Virus genome (UHGV): UHGV-0204067
Source: a virus
Strand: one strand, 5' to 3'
Length of the DNA: 39,258 bases
In this document: positions 18,089-26,524 of the stretch, piece by piece
How positions within the stretch are numbered: the stretch's first letter is position 1
Layout: each line of letters starts with the position of its first letter
Notes under the pieces: model-generated
Databases searched by the model: none
Told to the model about the DNA's origin: nothing
What the model saw: only the letters and a program-made list of their open reading frames with translations
Made by a program: the position numbers and the translations under genes

Positions 18089-19135
18089 TCAGTAGTTAAT
18101 GGTCATGTGCTGCACCTGCATACGTGCAACTGCTTCAACGCATTTTTTCGCGCAATCTTCCTGCACTCCCGCCGCTACCAAATCGGCAACAACAGAGCGA
18201 TTAACGGCGCGACGATGCTCAACATCTGCCGATTTAGCCGCAATTTCGTCCGCTGCTTTTTTCTCTGCAGCAATCCGATCCTGCTCTGCCTTATGTGCCC
18301 GGAGCCGTTCAGCCTCAACGGCTTCTTGCTTCTCGCGTTCAGCACGTTGTTCTGCTGCAATGCGCTCTTGCTCTGCGCGTTCGGCTGCTGCCTTTGCATC
18401 GGCTTCTCGTCTGGCCGCGGCTTCGAGTTCTGCCCGGCTCTTTTCTTCTGCTTCTCTGCGCGCGCGTTCTTCTGCTTCGCGTTTGATTTGTGCTTCTCGT
18501 TCCCGCTGTGCAGCCTCGGCTTGCTCAATGCGCAGGCGCTCGAGCTCTTTCGCTTCAGCCTCGCGTTGCTGTGCCGCTTTCAGAGCTACTTCTAACTTGG
18601 TGATAGCTGCGTCTTTTGCTACGCCTGCCTCTGCCGTAACCTCCTGCCATGAGTCATCTATCGCTGTTGCTTTAACCGATTCCAGCCTTGCCGCTATCTC
18701 TTCCGCTGGTGGGACGCTGCCAAACTCATCGACAACGTTGGCAATTTCACGAAGCGCTGACAGTCGTAGCTGCAGGTCGGCAACGCGTTGCTTTTCTGCA
18801 TTCTCAAATTCGGTAAGAGGAAGGCGTACTGCGTCACGAAGCTGATCGCATGCATCAACAAATCGTTTAATTTCCTGCTCAGCAGGTTTTACTGCTTCTT
18901 TCAGGCGGCGGAGGTAATCACGCCCTGGCTTCTCGACCGCTGTCTTGCTTCTGGAAACCTGTGCCGCTAGTGATGCGATCCTGTCGCGCCCTTTCTTGGT
19001 TGACAGGTCCGGCACTTCATTTGCCACCGCCTCTTTGATCTGTTCGAAAAACTGATCCAGGCCGTTTGGCTTATAAATTGCTGGCGCCATCTCTTCGGTT
19101 ATGCTGATAGCCGGTAGTTGTTTTTCTTCGCTCAT
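18089..19135 (-). CDS. Coiled-coil phage protein (often mis-annotated TolA-like)
   Basis: PDLSTKKGRDRIASLAA.V.RSKT N-terminus and an E/A/R-rich coiled coil. Confidence 0.8.
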   Translation of the reverse strand: MSEEKQLPAISITEEMAPAIYKPNGLDQFFEQIKEAVANEVPDLSTKKGRDRIASLAAQVSRSKTAVEKPGRDYLRRLKEAVKPAEQEIKRFVDACDQLRDAVRLPLTEFENAEKQRVADLQLRLSALREIANVVDEFGSVPPAEEIAARLESVKATAIDDSWQEVTAEAGVAKDAAITKLEVALKAAQQREAEAKELERLRIEQAEAAQREREAQIKREAEERARREAEEKSRAELEAAARREADAKAAAERAEQERIAAEQRAEREKQEAVEAERLRAHKAEQDRIAAEKKAADEIAAKSADVEHRRAVNRSVVADLVAAGVQEDCAKKCVEAVARMQVQHMTINY

Positions 19136-19284
19136 CTGTGTGCAACCTCTAATTGATTGGCCGCGTCCAGCGCGACACGTGTTGTAAATGCCCAGTGCAG
19201 GGCTTCATTGAAATCTGCAAACCGCCAACTGACACAGCCGCAGACGGTCACGCAGAAAATCCCGTTGATGGTTTGAGAAATCAT
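19132..19284 (-). CDS. Small hypothetical protein (50 aa; not in ORF track), first gene of the leftward operon
   Basis: MISQTINGIFCVTVCGCVSWRFADFNEALHWAFTTRVALDAANQLEVAHR; AAGAG SD; ATGA overlap with the next gene. Confidence 0.65.
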   Translation of the reverse strand: MISQTINGIFCVTVCGCVSWRFADFNEALHWAFTTRVALDAANQLEVAHR

Positions 19285-19298
19285 TATCATCTCTTTAA

Positions 19299-19495
19299 GT
19301 TACCCATTGGGTAACTATTAAGGTCAAAGGAATGCACGGAATCCGTGCTGCTTCACCGCATCATCGCGGTGCCTCAATTCCTGCCTGATTGTTAAAGAGC
19401 ATCATTACCAGATTGGTAACTTCTTTGGGTAATAATCGACCGTAAAAGGATTGTTGTCAATAGTCAGTAATAGAAAAAATTACCCAAAAGGTAAT
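19299..19495 (-). promoter_or_regulatory. Leftward early promoter region with three operators
   Basis: Operators at 19299-19315, 19404-19420 and 19479-19495. -35 TTGACA (19455-19460), 17 bp, -10 GATTAT (19432-19437). Confidence 0.75.
19388..19401 (-). promoter_or_regulatory. boxA antitermination element
   Basis: Minus strand reads TGCTCTTTAACAAT, the consensus rrn/nut boxA, just downstream of the leftward promoter. Confidence 0.8.
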
Positions 19496-19507
19496 TATTG
19501 GTGGCGT

Positions 19508-19530
19508 GAGAAACCGCCGCAGGGCGGTAA
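19508..19530 (-). terminator. Terminator after repressor gene
   Basis: ACCGCC-CTGC-GGCGGT-TTCTC on the minus strand. Confidence 0.55.
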
Positions 19531-19558
19531 CTTGTTGTCATGAAATGGGATTGTCTTG

Positions 19559-20155
19559 TTAGATTCGCGCCTGCTGCATCACGAATTCAATAAACGATTC
19601 GATCTTGGCTTTATCTTCGGCCGGCAACTGCGCGTATTGTGATCGATCATAGTTAATCAGGGTAGGGTCTTTCGGCTTCAGCAGAAGCTCATAGCCGCGG
19701 CGCCCGAACGCACCGGCGATCGCTTCCAGGCTGTTGATGGTGATGTTGCCCTCACGGCTCAGTACACGGTTAACTGTAGACTGGCCAACGCCAGCAGCGG
19801 CGCCAACTTTTGCCTGGCTGGATAAGTCGCGGTTGTTGCTCATCCACAATTCCAGATTGCTCGCGACAATGGCGCCGACTTCGGTTTCCTCTTGCACAGC
19901 TTCGGCGCCGGCGGCCATAGCCATCATGTGATCGCGGTCCAACCAAAACTTAGGCTTATTCGCTGCAACCTCAAGCTTGCGCGCTACTGAGTCACCGATT
20001 GTCTTGTGGTTCTTGTCTGTCGCCGGTTTTAGCCAACGACTGATCACGTTGGCATTAATCTCCAGCCGTTCCGCCAGGCGTACTTGTTTACCGTCGAAAT
20101 CACGGTTGATGATGTCGCGGAGGTTCTCACGGCGGATGTCGTTAATGCTTTTCAT
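19559..20155 (-). CDS. rep: Non-cleavable prophage repressor, SPC32H Rep-like
   Basis: 198 aa with two HTH-like domains (RRENL...Q..LAERL...ISRW; SQ.KV...AGVGQSTVNRVL) and no S24 peptidase domain; divergent from cro. Confidence 0.85.
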   Translation of the reverse strand: MKSINDIRRENLRDIINRDFDGKQVRLAERLEINANVISRWLKPATDKNHKTIGDSVARKLEVAANKPKFWLDRDHMMAMAAGAEAVQEETEVGAIVASNLELWMSNNRDLSSQAKVGAAAGVGQSTVNRVLSREGNITINSLEAIAGAFGRRGYELLLKPKDPTLINYDRSQYAQLPAEDKAKIESFIEFVMQQARI

Positions 20156-20204
20156 AGTGGTTTCACAGTCCGTTGAATAGGTTGTTGCCTGTATTTAAAA
20201 CAAA

Positions 20205-20271
20205 ATTACCTAAATGGTAAACGAACCGGAAAGGTAACAAACTTGCGAATTGGCACCATTTAGGTAATTAT
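20205..20271. promoter_or_regulatory. rep/cro switch: three operators and rightward promoter
   Basis: ATTACC-TAAAT-GGTAAA (20205), GAACC-GGAAA-GGTAAC (20223) and GCACC-ATTTA-GGTAAT (20253). TTGCGA (20243)-17 bp-AATTAT. Confidence 0.75.
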
Positions 20272-20303
20272 CTGCACGATCAAACATTGAAAAGAGGCAG
20301 GAT

Positions 20304-20522
20304 ATGGAGCCGTTTAACTTCAAACAATTCTGGCTGGGGATGAGCAAAGATGAGCGTGATGCGTTTGCAGAAGAAGCCGGCACCACCGCGCTTTACATCA
20401 TGACGCATACGCAAAGGAAGACGCGAATGCCGAAGAAAAAGTTCATTGATCAGCTGTTTAAGGCGTGCAAGAAAAGAAAGCCAGATTTGACAAAACAGGA
20501 GCTGGTGCTGTTCTTCTACTGA
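20304..20522 (+). CDS. cro: Cro-like regulator
   Basis: 72 aa, ER.AFAEEAGTT..YI HTH; divergent from rep. Confidence 0.75.
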   Translation: MEPFNFKQFWLGMSKDERDAFAEEAGTTALYIMTHTQRKTRMPKKKFIDQLFKACKKRKPDLTKQELVLFFY

Positions 20523-20538
20523 TTAACACCACCACACC

Positions 20539-20564
20539 AAGGGTCGCTAACGCGGCCCTTTTTT
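20539..20564 (+). terminator. tR1-like intrinsic terminator
   Basis: AAGGGTCGC-TAAC-GCGGCCCTT-TTTT. Confidence 0.75.
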
Positions 20565-20665
20565 ATTGCCTCATGGTTCTGGGTAATAAAAATCTATTTA
20601 TGGTTGATCTATTTTTGCTTTGCATGCATTCTTACATCACTGACGACAGTAAAAGAGGCCTATGA

Positions 20666-20872
20666 ATGAAAATTGTTACCCGGGCCGAGGCCATAAATCT
20701 CGGTCAACTCCGGTTCTATACCGGCAAGCCTTGCCGTAATGGTCACTACTCTGAGCGCTTTACGAGTAACGGCGTTTGTGTGGAATGCTCCGCGCAACAC
20801 TCATCCGCTTACCGCAAGCACATCAAGAAACTGATCCACGACGCCAGGGCAAAAGTAGCGGAGGTGAGCTGA
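20666..20872 (+). CDS. Small putative Zn-binding phage protein
   Basis: FYTGKPCRNGH...R.TSNG.CVEC (C-H-C-C). Confidence 0.75.
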   Translation: MKIVTRAEAINLGQLRFYTGKPCRNGHYSERFTSNGVCVECSAQHSSAYRKHIKKLIHDARAKVAEVS

Positions 20873-21771
20873 TGGCCGGCGACTGGATAAAAATGCGTTC
20901 TGACCTTCACACGCATCCGAAAATTGTCCGCATGGCGTCCGCATTGAAAGCGGACAGACTTCGTATTGTTGGCGGACTACATTCCGCATGGTGTCTTTTT
21001 GATGTCCATTCTGTTGACGGATTCCTTGACGGTTACAGTCCTGAAACGCTCGACGACATGATCGGATTTCCTGGATTTTCTCGCGCAATGATGGCTGTTG
21101 GCTGGCTAGAAGTTGACGGCGAAAACCTCGTAATGCCCAGATTTGACGAGCATAACGGGCAGTCTGCCAAGCGTCGCGCGCAGGATGCAGCGAGGAAAAG
21201 AAGCATCCGCAAAATGTCCGCATCGCAAGCGGACAAAATGACGACCAGAGAAGAGAAGAGAAGAGAAGATCTAAAAGATAAAGATCCCCCTCTTACTCCC
21301 CCAAAGGAAAAACAAGCTTATCCCTATCCGGAAGGATTGAACGTATCCGCCTGGGAGGAGTGGAAGCAGTATCGACGTGATTTGAAGATCAAGGCGTATG
21401 CACCAACGCCAAGAAGCGAAGGGGCGGCAATCACGAACCTGCTGAAGCTGTCAGGCGGAGATCTGCAGGTGCAGGCAGAAATCATCAAGCAAAGCATGGC
21501 CAATAGTTGGCATGGGTTATTTGAACTTAAGACCGGAGGAAACCATGAGACAGGCGGGCGATATGGTGCGGGACCTGATTACAAAGGCAACGCAGTCGAA
21601 GCAGTTCACGCAGCAACAGCCAGGATGCGAGAGCAATACGGACTCACAAGCCCTGGACAGAACAATCAGGATTTGGGATCGCATGGTGGAACTGTATTCG
21701 GACAAATGGACCAGACGGAACGGACTGACCCCGTCATCACTCTGGATCAACGCGATTGGAAAGCTGTCTGA
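20872..21771 (+). CDS. Replication initiator (O-like)
   Basis: MAGDWIKMR.DL..HPK start (TGATG overlap, GAGGTG SD), VGWL, F.EHNG.SAK.RA, REEKRRE linker and a C-terminal W.GLF. Confidence 0.85.
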   Translation: MAGDWIKMRSDLHTHPKIVRMASALKADRLRIVGGLHSAWCLFDVHSVDGFLDGYSPETLDDMIGFPGFSRAMMAVGWLEVDGENLVMPRFDEHNGQSAKRRAQDAARKRSIRKMSASQADKMTTREEKRREDLKDKDPPLTPPKEKQAYPYPEGLNVSAWEEWKQYRRDLKIKAYAPTPRSEGAAITNLLKLSGGDLQVQAEIIKQSMANSWHGLFELKTGGNHETGGRYGAGPDYKGNAVEAVHAATARMREQYGLTSPGQNNQDLGSHGGTVFGQMDQTERTDPVITLDQRDWKAV

Positions 21772-22246
21772 CGCTCAGATCAAGGCCGGCATAGGGGAGT
21801 GCATGAGGCAGTGCCTGGTTGAAGGAAATAAGTTCGCTCCGGACTTATCCGACTTCTTGGCATACGTCAGCAGCAGCACAAAGCATGGCCTTGGAATCGA
21901 CGTTGACGAGGTGATGCAGGAGTTTAACTCCTACTGCAAGAACCGAAGCCGCTACAGCTGCGCGGAAACATATCCGTGGAAGCATCCGGTTTTCTACTGG
22001 ATATGCTGTGACCTTCACTCTGAGATGATCCAGAAAAACCTTACCAGCGGAGAACTGGAAAAGCTGGCAAAGAAAAAACTGAATGCTTGGGGCGCCAAAG
22101 TGCAGGCTGGAGAATCGATCCCCAATCCGGTTCCATTGCTCTCTGAAAAAGCATCCTCACGGAAGCGTGGTGCACCTGGCGCTGGCCATTCCGCAGCAAT
22201 GGAAATGCTGGCAAGATTGCGAAACGGAAAACCGAATGCGAATTGA
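21545..22246 (+). CDS. Replication protein P-like (helicase loader); start uncertain
   Basis: IWDRM..LY..KW, FAPDLSDF and W.HPV.YW motifs. GGAGGA SD before ATG 21545; alternative start 21683. Confidence 0.7.
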   Translation: MRQAGDMVRDLITKATQSKQFTQQQPGCESNTDSQALDRTIRIWDRMVELYSDKWTRRNGLTPSSLWINAIGKLSDAQIKAGIGECMRQCLVEGNKFAPDLSDFLAYVSSSTKHGLGIDVDEVMQEFNSYCKNRSRYSCAETYPWKHPVFYWICCDLHSEMIQKNLTSGELEKLAKKKLNAWGAKVQAGESIPNPVPLLSEKASSRKRGAPGAGHSAAMEMLARLRNGKPNAN

Positions 22247-22397
22247 AATGCTGAAATTACTGCGGCTACGGTGGGTAGATTGCGTCAAGTGCCTTGATGG
22301 CATGTAACGAGATGGGTTAAGCCATAAAATCGATTGTAAGCCCGTACAGAGAGTTTTAGCGCATGTGCGATTTGTGAGAGCAATCGCTATTTTTTAG

Positions 22398-22441
22398 TTG
22401 CAAATAATTACCTAATTGGTAATGATTACCTAAAAGGTGAT
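22398..22441 (+). promoter_or_regulatory. Promoter with tandem operators upstream of resolvase operon
   Basis: ATTACC-TAATT-GGTAAT (22407-22423) and ATTACC-TAAAA-GGTGAT (22425-22441); TTGCAA-17 bp-AATGAT. Confidence 0.75.
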
Positions 22442-22455
22442 TTAAGGAGTGAGCA

Positions 22456-22926
22456 GTGAGCAACGTAATCATCGGGATAGACCCAGGGTGTTCAGGCGCG
22501 ATTGTCGTGCTGGATGACTATGGCGTGTATCAGGACTCGATTTGCATGCCAACGGTCAAGGTAGGCACCAAGTCACGCGTTAACGGAGCTGCCATAGCGT
22601 CGTTTCTGCGTTCGTTTGACCTGGCTGAGTCAAAGGCCTTTTTAGAGCAAGTCGGTGCCATGCCTGGCCAGGGCGTTAGCAGCATGTTCACGTTTGGCCA
22701 TGCCGCTGGAGTTGCCGAAGGGATCCTGCAGGGGCTGTTTATTCCATACAGCTTGGTAACTCCTCAAGCCTGGAAGAAAACCGCCGGCCTGATCGGTAGC
22801 GACAAAGACGCAGCGCGCAGCCGGGCAATCCAGCTTTACCCGTCACTGCGAATCCTTGACCAGAAAGCCAAAGGCCAGGCCGTAGCCGACGCGCTGCTCA
22901 TCGCCCGCCACGGAATCGGAGCGTAG
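22456..22926 (+). CDS. RuvC-like Holliday junction resolvase
   Basis: IIGIDPG..G, FLEQV...PGQGVSSMF.FG, P..WKK and ADALLIA motifs; GTG start with AAGGAG SD. Confidence 0.88.
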   Translation: MSNVIIGIDPGCSGAIVVLDDYGVYQDSICMPTVKVGTKSRVNGAAIASFLRSFDLAESKAFLEQVGAMPGQGVSSMFTFGHAAGVAEGILQGLFIPYSLVTPQAWKKTAGLIGSDKDAARSRAIQLYPSLRILDQKAKGQAVADALLIARHGIGA

Positions 22927-22928
22927 TC

Positions 22929-23141
22929 ATGGACAACATCGACGATGCAAACGAGCGCGCAGCCACATATCTGCAGGCGCAGATCGATGCAGTAACCAAA
23001 AAGTCATCACTGCCGGCGGCGCATGAATGCGACGAGTGCGGCGTAGAAATCCCAGAAGCACGGCGCAGAACCGTGCCAGGCGTCCGCCTCTGCATCGACT
23101 GCAAAGAGCTGGAAGAACTGAACCAACGTACACACAGGTAA
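22929..23141 (+). CDS. TraR/DksA C4 zinc-finger protein
   Basis: D.IDDA (DxxDxA) and CDECG..IPEARR..VPG..LCIDC. Confidence 0.92.
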   Translation: MDNIDDANERAATYLQAQIDAVTKKSSLPAAHECDECGVEIPEARRRTVPGVRLCIDCKELEELNQRTHR

Positions 23142-23151
23142 GGATTTGATA

Positions 23152-23529
23152 ATGAAAAATATCGTTGAAAATCAAGGTATAAAAACTGATAAGCCGCTGG
23201 CGATGAGTTATGAAGCATTGAAGGCTGAGCGCGATGCGCTGGCACAACGGGTTGAGATGCTGGCTGTGGAGAATGCGGCGCTGAATAAATCTCTGGACGA
23301 TGTCTGTGATGCATACGAAAACGGGCAGCGTGACCTTCTCAGCGAAGCTATAGACAAAGCGATCAACCTACCGTCCCCAGCCACTGACGCAGCACTTGCA
23401 GCTATCCAGGCGCAGGGAGTGGAGAAGTTCGCTGACTTCCTTGATTCACCGATCGACGGACAGCACTGCTATCAGAACGAAGTTGGCCTAGCGCGTCATT
23501 TCGCCAGCACGCTCCGGGAGGCCAAATGA
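23152..23529 (+). CDS. Hypothetical (Eae/Ead-like) protein
   Basis: LA.ENAAL and PATDAALAAIQAQGVE.F motifs typical of lambdoid ea genes. Confidence 0.7.
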   Translation: MKNIVENQGIKTDKPLAMSYEALKAERDALAQRVEMLAVENAALNKSLDDVCDAYENGQRDLLSEAIDKAINLPSPATDAALAAIQAQGVEKFADFLDSPIDGQHCYQNEVGLARHFASTLREAK

Positions 23530-24227
23530 AAGAGCGTCCAGTGATTTTTAACGGTGAGATGGTTCGCGCCATTCTCGACGGACGCAAGACCCAGACACGG
23601 CGGGTTATGAAACCTCAACCTGAGCCATGCTATCGCGGCGGCCATTGGTGGCCAAGCAACGCGTTTAAAACGATGCTGCACATCGAGGAGCAGATGCAGA
23701 ACGGTCAGAGTGGATGGAAAGGGCTGGCAGGAGATGCCTGCCCATTCGGCCAGGTAGGCGATCGGCTGTGGGTGCGCGAAACCTTCGCCGTTCTCGGCAA
23801 CGAAGACGGATGCCCTATCGATTGGGATGGAAACCTGATTAAGGGTGACGAGAAGCAAGCGGCGCGGATTTATAAGGCATCGTGCTGGCAGGAACCGGGC
23901 AACTACGGCTTGTGGTCGATACCTGACCGAGACACCCAATACGAAGGCACATGGCGACCTTCAATCCACATGCCGCGCTGGGCCTCCCGCATCCTGCTGG
24001 AAATCACCGCCGTGCGCGTTGAGCGGCTGAAAGATATCAGTGAAAGCGATGCGCGTGCAGAAGGAGTGATGCCGACGCCAGGAGCAGCTGAACAACTGGT
24101 TGGCGGGAAACTGGCATTTGCAGAGCTTTGGGCGTCTATATACGGCCATGAAAACTGGCGCGCCAATCCCTGGGTGTGGGTTATCGAGTTCAAGCAGGTC
24201 AGCGCTAGGGAGGTGGAGCGTGGGTAA
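23526..24227 (+). CDS. ASCH/PUA-like phage protein
   Basis: MKERP..FN.EMVRAILDGRKTQTRR, GDRLWVRE, WRPSIHMPRWASR and NPWVWVIEF motifs. Confidence 0.8.
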   Translation: MKERPVIFNGEMVRAILDGRKTQTRRVMKPQPEPCYRGGHWWPSNAFKTMLHIEEQMQNGQSGWKGLAGDACPFGQVGDRLWVRETFAVLGNEDGCPIDWDGNLIKGDEKQAARIYKASCWQEPGNYGLWSIPDRDTQYEGTWRPSIHMPRWASRILLEITAVRVERLKDISESDARAEGVMPTPGAAEQLVGGKLAFAELWASIYGHENWRANPWVWVIEFKQVSAREVERG

Positions 24228-24402
24228 TCAAAACTTCAAGCCAGGGAGCCTGCGCTACTTCGATGAAGAGATTGGCGCGCACGTCGTTTCAGAGCCTGGC
24301 TCTACTTCGTACAGCTCAACAGCGATGGCGGCAACTGAATTTTTTAACGGCATCGAGTGGTTGCCGGTAGACGGCGATGAGGCCCAGGAGAAAGCATTAT
24401 GA
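24220..24402 (+). CDS. Hypothetical protein (60 aa)
   Basis: GTG start after a GAGGTGGAG SD; overlaps both neighbours. Confidence 0.55.
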   Translation: MGNQNFKPGSLRYFDEEIGAHVVSEPGSTSYSSTAMAATEFFNGIEWLPVDGDEAQEKAL

Positions 24403-24638
24403 GCAAGCTGACGAAGATTGAAAAATGCCAGCGCAAAATCAACGACGCCTTCAGCAGCAAGTTGAGCGAAGACTTTCGCGAGAAGTTTCAGCGTGAAATT
24501 GAAACGCGATTTTCTATTTTCAGCATGGCGCTGGTTTCAACACCAACTGACGGCGAAGATTTTACGCCAGAACAGCACGCATGGGTGGATGCGTATTCTG
24601 TCGGGTATTTGGCTGCAATGAACCAGGTATGGGAGTGA
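24399..24638 (+). CDS. Hypothetical protein
   Basis: AGGAG SD and ATGA coupling. Confidence 0.7.
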   Translation: MSKLTKIEKCQRKINDAFSSKLSEDFREKFQREIETRFSIFSMALVSTPTDGEDFTPEQHAWVDAYSVGYLAAMNQVWE

Positions 24639-24641
24639 GTC

Positions 24642-25085
24642 ATGGATAAGCTGAGCGAACTGAGCAAGCCGGTGGGATTCATTGAGCAGAGCGGGATGGA
24701 TTATCTGCAGTCTGGGGCAGACGCTGATATCTGGCCAGACGGTGGCAGAGGCGGGGATATCCCTCTCTATTCGCAAGAGTACGTCTCCGCCCTGCTGGCA
24801 GAGCTGGAGGCGAAGGATAAGCGCATCGTGGCTCTTGAGCGTATCAACCAGGCGCAGGACGACCACATCAATCAGCAGCAAGACAGAATCGATTCGCTGG
24901 AGAAAACAAACGCCGGGTTAGGTCAGCGGCTTGGTGCGGCTGAAAAGCGGCTGGCTACGCCGGTGCGGTTGCCTGACGTGCTGTTTATCAAGGTAAGTGG
25001 TTCAGCGGTGCCAGTAATGCACGCTGGGCGCGTCAAGGAGCGGTTGCGCGCCGCTGGCTTCACCGTAGAGGGGGGTGAACAGTGA
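24642..25085 (+). CDS. Ead/Ea22-like protein
   Basis: V.ALLAELEAKDKRI coiled coil, PVRLP and LRAAGF.V motifs. Confidence 0.7.
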   Translation: MDKLSELSKPVGFIEQSGMDYLQSGADADIWPDGGRGGDIPLYSQEYVSALLAELEAKDKRIVALERINQAQDDHINQQQDRIDSLEKTNAGLGQRLGAAEKRLATPVRLPDVLFIKVSGSAVPVMHAGRVKERLRAAGFTVEGGEQ

Positions 25086-25291
25086 AAACTATCGAATATC
25101 GCCGCCTTCACGGCCAGCGCCAGTCTGACGACGATGGCTTCACATACGTTCACGGCAAACACAAGGCTGGCCGGGTTAAGCGCACTCGCAACCGCCAGAG
25201 CACAATCCGCCAGGTGCGCGCTGACAAACGCAGTGTGAAGGCGGCCGAGATAAAACGCCAATTGGCTGAGCAGGTTAAGGGGGATGCATGA
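25082..25291 (+). CDS. Small basic hypothetical protein
   Basis: GTGA/ATGA coupling on both sides; Arg/Lys-rich. Confidence 0.6.
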   Translation: MKTIEYRRLHGQRQSDDDGFTYVHGKHKAGRVKRTRNRQSTIRQVRADKRSVKAAEIKRQLAEQVKGDA

Positions 25292-26073
25292 CACTAACGA
25301 CTGAGAGATTGAAAACCATCGCGGCATGGCGCGCTAAGTACGGCACTGGCCACAACGTCATAATTCCAGCCGAAGAGGCTGAGGAAATGGTCTGCGCACT
25401 CCTGGCTAACCGGGAGGCGCAGCCGGTGGCGGCAACGCCAATCTATCAAATCTGGGATGATGACGGCTGGTGTGATACTAGCGAACAAATCTGGCGCGCG
25501 ACATACGACGACTTCCGTAAAGAACAGTACCGCATCGTCTACACCGCCCCGCCAGCGCCAGCCAACGCCGTGGCATGGGAAATGCGCTACTGGAACAGCG
25601 GCCACAACATGTGGGGAGAGTGGGAGCGCATCACAGCAGAACAGCACGCAGAGATGAGCGTGAAGCACGCGACGGACAACGATTACGAGTTTCGTGTGCT
25701 GTACGATGCACCGCCAGCGCCAGTAGTGCCGGAGGAAATCAGTTCTTCAATCCGCCATCTCAAGGACACGCTGGTAGCCTGCAATCGTTTTAACTACTGC
25801 GCTGATGCTGTGAATCGAGTGGAGGACGCCTGCCGCGCCGCAATGCTGGCTCAACCTGTAAGTGGCGGTTACAAGTTGCCGGAGAGCTGGATAGCGTGCA
25901 GCGAACAGACCCCTGTTGCCGACGGCGCTTATTGGTGCTGGTTCGGGAAAGAGAAACCTAGCGTTATTCAGCAGCGAGTTTGCATCTGGAACGATAGAAA
26001 CCATGAGTGGTGTGACAGCGCTGTAACCCACTGGATGCCATTACCTGTAGCGCCGGAGGGTGGGAATGGCTAA
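25288..26073 (+). CDS. Eaa-like mosaic protein with C-terminal DUF551
   Basis: LTTERL start, Y.APPAP repeats, ACRAAML, WI.CSE..P and VTHWMPLP..P. Confidence 0.8.
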   Translation: MTLTTERLKTIAAWRAKYGTGHNVIIPAEEAEEMVCALLANREAQPVAATPIYQIWDDDGWCDTSEQIWRATYDDFRKEQYRIVYTAPPAPANAVAWEMRYWNSGHNMWGEWERITAEQHAEMSVKHATDNDYEFRVLYDAPPAPVVPEEISSSIRHLKDTLVACNRFNYCADAVNRVEDACRAAMLAQPVSGGYKLPESWIACSEQTPVADGAYWCWFGKEKPSVIQQRVCIWNDRNHEWCDSAVTHWMPLPVAPEGGNG

Positions 26074-26452
26074 GAGCGACGAACAACGCAAGGCTGACGC
26101 GCGCGACCGTAAGCGCGCCCAGCGCCAACGCGAAAGAGAAGCGGCGAGCAACGCCGCTGTAAGCGGCCGGCGCCGGATCACGTTCGAGGTTAGCGATCAC
26201 ATCTTCGAGCAGATTAAGGCCAACTGTAGTGCGCGGCGCCCGGGGAAAGAACCGTATAGCGTCGATGAGTATTTCGAACTGCTGGCGGTGCAGGACATCA
26301 ATCAACTGAAGCGCCAGCTTGCGGAACTGGCCAGCCATAAATGCCAGTGTGGTGAATCGATGCCTGGACCTGCCGGCGGGTGTTACAGAAATGGTGAGGC
26401 GGCGTGTGGACAGACACAGATCTGGCGAGAGCTGATGCTCAAGACGCTGTAG
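26066..26452 (+). CDS. Hypothetical DNA-binding protein with Cys-rich C-terminus
   Basis: MAKS..RK.AQR.R basic helix, RRPGKEPY...EY and CQCG...C.....C. Confidence 0.7.
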   Translation: MAKSDEQRKADARDRKRAQRQREREAASNAAVSGRRRITFEVSDHIFEQIKANCSARRPGKEPYSVDEYFELLAVQDINQLKRQLAELASHKCQCGESMPGPAGGCYRNGEAACGQTQIWRELMLKTL

Positions 26453-26467
26453 CCGATTGCGGAAAAT

Positions 26468-26510
26468 TTGACTCATCTGGTCTAAAATATTACTGTTCAT
26501 GCATACAGTA
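26468..26510 (+). promoter_or_regulatory. Sigma70 promoter overlapped by a perfect LexA box
   Basis: TTGACT (26468)-17 bp-TACTGT (26491); TACTG-TTCATGCATA-CAGTA (26491-26510). Confidence 0.88.
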
Positions 26511-26524
26511 TTTGCAGGTGAGTT

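Noticed and set aside
18032..18845. Long plus-strand ORFs (187 and 248 aa)
   Set aside because: Antisense shadows of the low-complexity E/A/R coiled-coil gene; no SD or plausible composition.
20189..20204. Possible LexA box upstream of rep (CTGTATTTAAAACAAA), and a similar one at 13173
   Set aside because: Right half-site lacks CAG, flanks are poor, and there is no supporting precedent, unlike the ant site.
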